Source: Eubacteriales bacterium
GTDB lineage: Bacteria > Bacillota > Clostridia > Oscillospirales > CAG-382
Direction of reading: 5' to 3'
NCBI GenBank assembly: GCA_045533895.1
Contig: JAZSIT010000020.1
Span: 1 to 51,940, forward strand
Length of the DNA stretch: 51,940 nucleotides
Shown here: positions 45,859 to 51,940 of the stretch, in pieces
How positions within the stretch are numbered: position 1 is the first letter of the stretch
Layout: the number at the start of each line of letters is the position of its first letter
Translations under genes and position numbers: made by a program
Notes under the pieces: generated by a model
What the model was told of the DNA's origin: nothing
Seen by the model: the letters and a program-made list of their open reading frames with translations, nothing else
The model's database searches: none

Positions 45859-46074
45859 ATGATAATTATTAATCTGGATGTTATGATGGCAAAAAGAAAA
45901 ATGTCCCTAAACGAGCTTTCGGATAAAGTGGGCATAACCCTTGCCAATCTCTCAATTCTAAAAAACAACAAGGCGAAAGCCATTCGCTTTTCCACTCTCG
46001 ATGCCATCTGCCGCGCTCTTGATTGTGAGGTAGAGGACATAATCGAATACAAAAAGGAGGATAATAATGGATAA
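45859..46074 (+). CDS. small XRE/YozG-like HTH transcriptional regulator
   Basis: MSLNELSDKVGITLANLSILKNNKAKAIRFSTLDAICRALDC pattern. ATG at 45859 lies 8 nt after GGAGGG. Confidence 0.85.
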   Translation: MIIINLDVMMAKRKMSLNELSDKVGITLANLSILKNNKAKAIRFSTLDAICRALDCEVEDIIEYKKEDNNG

Positions 46075-47650
46075 CGCAAATTATACAGAAAACTTTTCGG
46101 AAGAAAAGGCAGTTAAATATTCCGGCTTTGAAACTGTTTTCGCTTGGCTTTGTGTGTTGCTGGGCTATCTTTTCTGCCGTGCTTTCCCGCTTCCCGATAA
46201 ACCTTTGGGAATGTGTATCGTTATAATCGCATCACTTGTTGTAACAATTGTGGTATTGTTCAAAAAACGAGTGCGGTTTGGTGTTGCGGCTATCGGATCC
46301 GCCGTTATGTGTGTAGTATTTGCGGCGGCACTGGTTTTTTCATCAGATGCTTTTGCACAGTTTTTTGCTTTTCTCGGCTCGGTTCTCGGCTACAGCTATT
46401 TTGTATATGCCGCAACGGGAAACAAAATAGAAAAGGGCTTTTCCGATCTTCTTCCCGTGGATTTCGCACTTGCTTTGCTGGTAATGCCCTTCAAGGCATT
46501 CGGCAGGGTGTGGGCGGCAATGTTTACTGGTAAAAAAAGCGGTAAACCTGTACTTAAAATACTGCTTGGTATTGCAGTCGCTATCATACCCACGGCAGTC
46601 GTAACAAGCCTGCTTTCTTACGATGAGGGATTTTCCAAACTTCTTAAGGATACGTTTTCTTTCCTAAAGGATTTTAATCTGTTTTCACATCTGTTTTCTT
46701 TGTCGGTGGGAGGACTCGTAGCAATGTACGTGTTCGGTATGTATTCCTCTTGCGCAGACGGCAGAACGGACTCTGTAACCCGTGAAAAATGTGCTTCGGC
46801 TTTTGAAAAAGCACATTTTCTCCCTGCACTTACAACCGCAGTCGCCCTTATACCTCTTGTGGTTGTGTACATTTTCTTTTTCATTTCTCAGTGGCAGTAT
46901 TATGTTTCCGCTTTTTCCGGTAAACTGCCCGAAGGATTAAGTTATGCCGCTTACGCGCGTGGCGGATTTTTCGAGCTTTGCTCGGTTTCCGCAATAAACT
47001 TTGTTATTCTTGCCGCCGCAGCGCTGTTTATGAAGCGTAAGGGGAAAGGTGAAAGTGTTTTGCTTAAAACCGCAAATATTGTTATTTCCCTTATGACCCT
47101 TGTCCTCATTGCAACGGCAATGTCCAAGATGATCTTGTATATCCAAAACTACGGACTTACGGAAAGACGTGTGGTTTCGTCCTGGTTTATGGTGTTACTT
47201 GCCCTAATATTTGTTATAATCATTGTTAAGCAGTTTGTTAAAAAGATAAAGGTTGTTCCTGCGTCGGGAATTGTGGTTGCATTGATGCTGGCTCTGCTTA
47301 CTCTTTCAAATTATAACGGTATTATCGCGGACAATAACGTGGATAGATATATCCAAGGTGATCTTGATTCCGTTGATCTGGACGAATTGTATGACCTCGG
47401 TACTCCTGCGCTTCCTGCACTTCTCCGCTACGCCGAATACTATGAGCAGGAGAACGGTGTGGATATCAAGAAATATATAATTAATGATACAGTTGACCGT
47501 TCGGAGATAAAGGACGATGTGGCATATTTCAGCGCTTTATATGTCGGTGCTTTCAAACGCGAACTTGAAAACAAAAAGCCTTTTACCGCCTTTTCCGTGC
47601 CGGATTTTAAGGCAAAATCCGCTTTAGAAGAATATTTGAAAGAAAAATAA
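46067..47650 (+). CDS. large polytopic membrane protein (DUF4153/DUF4173-like)
   Basis: At least 10 TM segments and a soluble C-terminal tail. Overlaps the HTH gene stop. Family name from memory only. Confidence 0.55.
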   Translation: MDNANYTENFSEEKAVKYSGFETVFAWLCVLLGYLFCRAFPLPDKPLGMCIVIIASLVVTIVVLFKKRVRFGVAAIGSAVMCVVFAAALVFSSDAFAQFFAFLGSVLGYSYFVYAATGNKIEKGFSDLLPVDFALALLVMPFKAFGRVWAAMFTGKKSGKPVLKILLGIAVAIIPTAVVTSLLSYDEGFSKLLKDTFSFLKDFNLFSHLFSLSVGGLVAMYVFGMYSSCADGRTDSVTREKCASAFEKAHFLPALTTAVALIPLVVVYIFFFISQWQYYVSAFSGKLPEGLSYAAYARGGFFELCSVSAINFVILAAAALFMKRKGKGESVLLKTANIVISLMTLVLIATAMSKMILYIQNYGLTERRVVSSWFMVLLALIFVIIIVKQFVKKIKVVPASGIVVALMLALLTLSNYNGIIADNNVDRYIQGDLDSVDLDELYDLGTPALPALLRYAEYYEQENGVDIKKYIINDTVDRSEIKDDVAYFSALYVGAFKRELENKKPFTAFSVPDFKAKSALEEYLKEK

Positions 47651-47667
47651 AAAGTGACGACAAAAAA

Positions 47668-47700
47668 CAAAGGAGAGCAATTATTGCTCTCCTTATATTT
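47668..47700. terminator. bidirectional terminator between the membrane protein gene and rpsU
   Basis: AAGGAGAGCAA-TTAT-TGCTCTCCTT with flanking A and T runs. Confidence 0.75.
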
Positions 47701-47716
47701 TCATAGTCTGAAATCC

Positions 47717-47893
47717 TTATTTATACTTGCGCTTTCTAGCAGCCTCGGACTTCTTCTTGCGCTTTACGCTGGGCTTCTCGTAATGCTCTCTCTTACGGAG
47801 TTCTGCCTGAACACCGCTTCTGAGGTAGCTTCTCTTGAATCTGCGAAGGGCGCTGTCTATGCTTTCGTTTTCTTTTACTTTAATTTCAGCCAT
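47717..47893 (-). CDS. rpsU: 30S ribosomal protein S21
   Basis: 58 aa, so not in the ORF track. Translation is [70 protein letters not shown] and its own consensus promoter. Confidence 0.9.
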   Translation of the reverse strand: MAEIKVKENESIDSALRRFKRSYLRSGVQAELRKREHYEKPSVKRKKKSEAARKRKYK

Positions 47894-47942
47894 TTTTTGT
47901 CCCTCCCTCCGTGCCTGACGGGAATTTTGTCATAATATGGTT

Positions 47943-47971
47943 ATTATATCAGAACAATCTTTTGTTGTCAA
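47943..47971 (-). promoter_or_regulatory. consensus sigma-A promoter of rpsU
   Basis: TTGACA-N17-TATAAT, exact consensus, about 45 nt upstream of the rpsU ATG. Confidence 0.75.
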
Positions 47972-47975
47972 GTCT

Positions 47976-48329
47976 TTAGAGTGCAGCCTTAGCGGTTTCA
48001 ACAAGCTTTGCGAAAGCAGCCTTGTCGGAAACAGCCAGTTCAGCAAGCATCTTACGGTTAAGGGTGATACCGCTCTTCTTAAGACCGTTCATGAAGCGAG
48101 AATAGTTGATACCTTCAACCTTGCACTGTGCGGAAATTCTGGTGATCCACAGAGCGCGGAAATCTCTCTTCTTCTGTTTTCTGCCGATGTAAGCGTAGTT
48201 ACCGCTCTTAAGAACGGCCTGCTTAGCCATCTTGAAATGTTTACTTTTTGCGCCCCAATAGCCCTTAGCGAGCTTTAAGGTTTTATTTCTTCTCTTTCTG
48301 GTAGAAAGAGCGCCTTTTACTCTTGCCAT
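47976..48329 (-). CDS. rplT: 50S ribosomal protein L20
   Basis: [16 protein letters not shown]... canonical L20. Confidence 0.95.
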   Translation of the reverse strand: MARVKGALSTRKRRNKTLKLAKGYWGAKSKHFKMAKQAVLKSGNYAYIGRKQKKRDFRALWITRISAQCKVEGINYSRFMNGLKKSGITLNRKMLAELAVSDKAAFAKLVETAKAAL

Positions 48330-48358
48330 TTCGTTTATCCTCCGTTAATGATATTTCC

Positions 48359-48559
48359 TTATTTGGAATAAGGGATGAGCCTGTTGAGATCGTTCATTCT
48401 GGTAGTGCTTACATAAGAAGCCTTACGGAGCGCTCTCTTGCGTTTTGCAGTCTTAAGACCGGTCTTATGACGGTGGCCGGGATGACCCATTTTTACTTTA
48501 CCGCCGGCAGTCCAGCTAAGTCTTTTAGCGGTTGCCTTGTGTGTCTTGATTTTGCCCAT
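48359..48559 (-). CDS. rpmI: 50S ribosomal protein L35
   Basis: MGKIKTHKATAKR... canonical L35. Confidence 0.95.
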   Translation of the reverse strand: MGKIKTHKATAKRLSWTAGGKVKMGHPGHRHKTGLKTAKRKRALRKASYVSTTRMNDLNRLIPYSK

Positions 48560-48561
48560 TG

Positions 48562-49095
48562 TTATCTTCCTTTCGATTGATTTGCCGTTCTTTTCGGTGC
48601 GAGTATCATTATCATATTACGTCCGTCAAGCTTCGCGGGCTTTTCAACCACACCGCATTCCTCACACGCATCTGCAAACTTTTGCAGAAGGGTAAGGCCG
48701 TTCTCGGTGTGTGCCATTTCTCTGCCGAAGAACTTGACAAGAACCTTTACACGGTTTCCTTTGTTAAGGAACTCCAATGCTTTGTTAAGTTTGGTGTTGA
48801 AATCGTGAGTGTCGATACGGCATCTGAGCTGAAGCTCCTTGAGCTCAACTGTCTGCTGTTTCTTCTTCATTTCCTTTTCCCGCTTTTCTTTTTCGAAGCG
48901 GTACTTGCCGAAATCCATTACCTTGCAAACGGGGGGCTTTGCGTCAGGCGCGATCTCAACCAGGTCGAGACCGGATTCTTCTGCCAGACGGCGTGCCTGT
49001 GCGATAGATACTATACCTATCTGATTGCCTTCTGCATCTATAAGGCGGACTTCACTTGCTTTGATTTCATCGTTGATGAACGATTTAGTGCTGAT
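48562..49095 (-). CDS. infC: translation initiation factor IF-3; probable ATC start
   Basis: INDEIKASEVRLID...KPPVCKVMDFGKYRFE... is canonical IF-3. GGAGG lies 10 nt upstream of the in-frame ATC at 49095, giving 177 aa. The ORF-track extension to 49179 covers the leader terminator and is not credible. Confidence 0.9.
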   Translation of the reverse strand: MSTKSFINDEIKASEVRLIDAEGNQIGIVSIAQARRLAEESGLDLVEIAPDAKPPVCKVMDFGKYRFEKEKREKEMKKKQQTVELKELQLRCRIDTHDFNTKLNKALEFLNKGNRVKVLVKFFGREMAHTENGLTLLQKFADACEECGVVEKPAKLDGRNMIMILAPKRTANQSKGR

Positions 49096-49260
49096 AGCTG
49101 ATACACCTCCGTGATAATGCGCTTTTTGCAATAAAAAAAGCTGTGCGAAACAAAAAAGCACAGCAACACAAACCGACATAACTATCGGGTGCGAAAACTA
49201 TCTACCGCGCCTGACCTTTTGCCGGCGGGTGAGGAGCAAAAACGCTCCAACTTCTTTGTC
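49096..49260 (-). promoter_or_regulatory. infC-rpmI-rplT leader (L20-leader-type attenuator)
   Basis: Lies downstream of the promoter at 49267-49295. Contains the hairpin GCUGUGC-N11-GCACAGC (49164-49140) followed by UUUUUUUAUU just before the infC SD. Position and architecture match the L20-regulated leader described for Bacillus. Confidence 0.6.
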
Positions 49261-49266
49261 CAAAGC

Positions 49267-49295
49267 ATAATACCACACCTTTGCACCTTTGTCAA
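49267..49295 (-). promoter_or_regulatory. sigma-A-type promoter of the infC operon
   Basis: TTGACA (49295-49290), N17, TATTAT (49272-49267). Confidence 0.65.
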
Positions 49296-49373
49296 TAGGT
49301 TTTATCAACTTTTTTATAAATTTTTCTGCCTTATGCGCATATATTGTAGTAATGCAAAAGGAGGTTGTTTTTT

Positions 49374-50120
49374 ATGCCCAGATTATTTTTAAGTCCCTCT
49401 ACACAGGAGTATAATTTGTATTATGACGGTAACGGAAGCGAAGAATACTATATGAACCAACTTGCCGACCTGATGGAGCCCTATCTTTCCGCAAGCGGTA
49501 TAGAATTTACCCGTAACGACCCCGAAGGCTCTGTAGGCGCTTCGGTGCGGAAATCCAACGCGGGAAGCTATGGGTTACATCTTGCCTTACATTCAAACGC
49601 TTCGGGCAGTGCAAACCCCGGTGGACAAAAGGGGAGCGATTTTTATTATTTCCCCGGCAGTGCGGACGGAAAACGGGCGGCGGATATTTTTGTTTCCCTT
49701 TTTAAGAATATTTATCCCGTTCCCGAGCGTGTTCGCGCTCTTCCCACCACCACACTTTATGAGGTTCGAAACACATCCGCGCCTACTGTGCTTGCAGAGA
49801 TAGCCTACCACGATAACCCCGAGGATGCCGAATGGATACGTAGCAATCTTAACGTTATCGCACGGACTCTGGCTCAAGGCGTGGCAGAGTATTTCGGCGT
49901 TCCTTTCGTACAGCCCGGTGTTTCCGAAACAGGCACCGTGCGTACCAACGGCGGCAGACTTAACCTCCGTTCATCACCTTCTCTCGAAGGGCAGATAATA
50001 GGCGCGATCCCCAACGGCGCCACCGTTACCATTACCGGAAGAAACGGAAACTGGTATGCTGTTATCTACGGCGGACAAAATGGGTACGTTTCGGGAGATT
50101 ACATCGTCGTCAACGGATAA
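49374..50120 (+). CDS. N-acetylmuramoyl-L-alanine amidase (Amidase_3) with C-terminal SH3b domain
   Basis: LALHSNA and EIAYHDN motifs. C-terminal LNLRSSPS...GNWYAV...GYVSGDYI SH3_3 pattern. AAAGGAGG SD before the ATG at 49374. Confidence 0.85.
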   Translation: MPRLFLSPSTQEYNLYYDGNGSEEYYMNQLADLMEPYLSASGIEFTRNDPEGSVGASVRKSNAGSYGLHLALHSNASGSANPGGQKGSDFYYFPGSADGKRAADIFVSLFKNIYPVPERVRALPTTTLYEVRNTSAPTVLAEIAYHDNPEDAEWIRSNLNVIARTLAQGVAEYFGVPFVQPGVSETGTVRTNGGRLNLRSSPSLEGQIIGAIPNGATVTITGRNGNWYAVIYGGQNGYVSGDYIVVNG

Positions 50121-50140
50121 AATATAATATTTTGCGCAAA

Positions 50141-50560
50141 ATGACTCCGAAAGGGGTCGTTTTTGTTTTGTTTGGCAGTATTAAAAGATATTTTTATTTG
50201 TTTATCATCGGCGGCACGGCGTACGTAATAATAGAAATGCTGTACCGAGGCAGAAGCCATTTTTCAATGTTTCTCGCAGGGGGATTATCGGTAGTTCTTA
50301 TTCGTCTTGTCTGCGGCAGAATACGCAATCTCTTGCTTCGCTGTCTTGCAGGCGGTATTATTATTACGGGCGTTGAGCTTGTTTTTGGTATAATATTTAA
50401 TATATGGCTTGGTATGGGTGTGTGGGATTATTCTCATTTGCCTTATAATATTATGGGGCAGGTATGCCCGTATTTTACACTCATTTGGACATTTCTCACA
50501 ATTCCCGCATTGTGGCTTGGCAATCTCGTCTGCGGCAGACACAAAAGGGGATACAGGTGA
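50141..50560 (+). CDS. small polytopic membrane protein (putative ABC-transporter type IV / CmpB-like family)
   Basis: 4 TM segments and a GVWDYSHLPYNIMGQV motif. The start is uncertain: the ATG at 50141 has no SD and lies 11 nt after a TATAAT. An in-frame TTG at 50168 is the alternative. Confidence 0.55.
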   Translation: MTPKGVVFVLFGSIKRYFYLFIIGGTAYVIIEMLYRGRSHFSMFLAGGLSVVLIRLVCGRIRNLLLRCLAGGIIITGVELVFGIIFNIWLGMGVWDYSHLPYNIMGQVCPYFTLIWTFLTIPALWLGNLVCGRHKRGYR

Positions 50561-50583
50561 ATTTGTTCCTTGCTAAAATAATC

Positions 50584-50612
50584 TTGACTTTATGCGGTGT
50601 TTATGTTAAAAT
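50584..50612 (+). promoter_or_regulatory. sigma-A-type promoter of leader copy 1
   Basis: TTGACT-N17-TAAAAT. The conserved leader starts 8 nt after the -10. Confidence 0.6.
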
Positions 50613-50620
50613 AAACATAC

Positions 50621-50810
50621 AGTAAATAGCATCTACTTCAAAAAGCAGGTGTGCCCATATATCGAGTGTGTCCCGCCCTGCTTTTGCAAGGGCCGCTTTT
50701 GCTTATATATCTACGATGCTTGGACATCTAGTATACAGTCCATGTTTAGACTTGGAAAAACTCCTGGTATGTTATGTAGAGATTGGAATGCAGAAGCTGC
50801 GTGGGACATC
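50621..50810 (+). repeat. leader repeat, copy 1 (near-identical core 50621-50765, diverged tail)
   Basis: Aligned by eye to 51763-51940 at a constant offset of 1140 nt from 50654 on. One mismatch between 50665 and 50765. Confidence 0.85.
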
Positions 50811-50837
50811 TTATTAAGACAGAAACCGTATATATGA
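50742..50837 (+). CDS. candidate small ORF (31 aa from ATG; up to 62 aa if GTG 50649 is used) inside the repeated leader
   Basis: The same frame is open in the second copy (51882 onward). The 11 nucleotide differences between copies in 50766-50800 fall at codon positions 1 (5) and 3 (6), never 2. They give conservative or synonymous changes. No obvious SD before either candidate start. Confidence 0.35.
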   Translation: MFRLGKTPGMLCRDWNAEAAWDILLRQKPYI

Positions 50838-50859
50838 TAACGAAGTGTGAGGATTAATC

Positions 50860-51648
50860 ATGAAAAAAATGTGTTCTTTTGTTTTATTTACTACTCTTCT
50901 ATGCTTGTTTTTGTGTTCCTGTACAGACCATGATGACAATAGTCCCATTCTTATAGAAGGCGATTTTAAACCTGTGCCAGAAGCATTTGTTACCTACGAA
51001 AAGGCGTTTGAGGAATGCAAAGATACATTTGTTGCGTCGGTGGCAAGTAGTGCGCCTAAAGAAGCCAAAATGGTTCCATCATTGAATGATGATATCTCAC
51101 AGCTTCGGATAACTGCTGTTGAAAGAGAGATTGTTTTTGATGTCAATGACACTGCACATTCAAATTCAGCGGTATTTCAAATCTATTATGGTTATTTTTC
51201 TAATAACCAATGGCATGACATGCCGGCAGACAATTACAATTTAAAAACTCTTCACGGTGTGGATTCCGGTTATGAAGACGGCTGGGATGCTTTGCTGGGA
51301 GACCACGTGATAAAAATGGGACAATTTGTCTTATTAGGGTTTTACAATCCTTTGGGCGATGGTTCTATCATCTCTGATTCTTTGGGCTCGAGTGTGTTGA
51401 CCTTTACCGGAAGCGAGCTGACAGATAATGATGCGTATCAAATATATGAAAACGTTCTTGCGGCAGGAACCAATAAATATGACTGCTTTGTTTTGAAATT
51501 TGTAGACCGTTATTATATAGCAATTAAATACGATGACATTCCTACAGATTATTATGTGACAGTTAAATTCTATGTTCCTCATCTTGATGATTATACTGTT
51601 ACCACTTATACCTACGATGACATTATGGAAGCATTAAACCGCAAATAA
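50860..51648 (+). CDS. hypothetical lipoprotein
   Basis: Lipobox LFLCSC, GTGAGGA SD, strong terminator downstream. No recognisable domain. AT-rich by eye. Confidence 0.7.
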   Translation: MKKMCSFVLFTTLLCLFLCSCTDHDDNSPILIEGDFKPVPEAFVTYEKAFEECKDTFVASVASSAPKEAKMVPSLNDDISQLRITAVEREIVFDVNDTAHSNSAVFQIYYGYFSNNQWHDMPADNYNLKTLHGVDSGYEDGWDALLGDHVIKMGQFVLLGFYNPLGDGSIISDSLGSSVLTFTGSELTDNDAYQIYENVLAAGTNKYDCFVLKFVDRYYIAIKYDDIPTDYYVTVKFYVPHLDDYTVTTYTYDDIMEALNRK

Positions 51649-51659
51649 CAAAAACACTA

Positions 51660-51697
51660 CAAGCCGTTGTCTTTTGACAACGGCTTGACTTTTTATT
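51660..51697 (+). terminator. terminator after the lipoprotein gene
   Basis: CAAGCCGTTGTC-TTTT-GACAACGGCTTG followed by ACTTTTTATT. Confidence 0.8.
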
Positions 51698-51725
51698 CGA
51701 TACGTCCCATCGCAAGAGGTTTCTC

Positions 51726-51754
51726 TTGACAAAATCTGTCTTTTATGGTAAAAT
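51726..51754 (+). promoter_or_regulatory. sigma-A-type promoter of leader copy 2
   Basis: TTGACA-N17-TAAAAT. The conserved leader starts 8 nt after the -10. Confidence 0.6.
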
Positions 51755-51762
51755 ATATTCAT

Positions 51763-51940
51763 AGTAAATAGCATCTACTTAAAAAGCAGGTGTGTTGTAT
51801 ATCAAGTGTGTCCCGCCCTGCTTTTGCAAGGGCGGCTTTTGCTTATATATCTACGATGCTTGGACATCTAGTATACAGTCCATGTTTAGACTTGGAAAAA
51901 CTCCTAGTATGATGTGTAGAAACTGGGACACCGAGGCGGC
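51763..51940 (+). repeat. leader repeat, copy 2 (truncated by window end)
   Basis: See copy 1. Confidence 0.85.

Noticed and set aside
51915-51940. GGGACACCGAGG in leader copy 2 resembling the glycine-riboswitch ACCGAAGG core
   Set aside because: The segment is not conserved in copy 1 and falls in the part that behaves like coding sequence.
1-51940. Search for CRISPR arrays, IS/transposase/integrase genes, prophage genes, tRNA/rRNA genes and known defence-system genes
   Set aside because: Nothing found. The ORF products are housekeeping, sporulation, regulatory or small accessory enzymes. The only repeats are the hairpin family and the leader duplication reported above.

Overview
This window reads as a mostly core chromosomal segment of an endospore-forming, Clostridia-class Firmicute; species cannot be determined from this window. 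About 56 protein genes are supported. They include spoIIGA-sigE, spoIIP, a murB-whiA-dnaE-PBP1A block, and the rimP-nusA-ylxR-L7Ae-infB-rbfA-nrnA-truB operon. Also present are infC-rpmI-rplT with an L20-type leader, and rpsU, which falls below the ORF-track cutoff. Small accessory patches include a MGMT-like/kinase/GNAT/methyltransferase cluster, two divergent HTH-TPR regulators and a lipoprotein serpin with a C-terminal extra domain. Others are MarR-YhhN, an orphan peptide-binding protein, an ABC-ATPase (PF09818-like) protein and a DUF2975-HTH-membrane protein cassette. I found no rRNA, tRNA, CRISPR array, transposase, integrase or recognisable defence system. I will not claim a new multi-gene system. 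The unexplained signals are regulatory or RNA-level. (1) A promoter plus a ~145-nt near-identical leader is repeated 1140 bp apart around a lipoprotein gene. It has alternative terminator/antiterminator pairings and a small ORF whose inter-copy differences avoid codon position 2. (2) A family of GC-rich hairpins has conserved GGGGTCCC...GGGGTGA flanks and compensatory stem changes, at 12874 and in tandem at 39840. The tandem pair supplies the -35 of a perfect consensus promoter. (3) A promoter-uORF-double-terminator leader lies upstream of the ABC-ATPase gene. (4) Two genes seem to start at ATT with ideal Shine-Dalgarno spacing, in the same window as infC, which seems to start at ATC. All family names are recalled from motifs, not database searches. 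All counts were made by hand.
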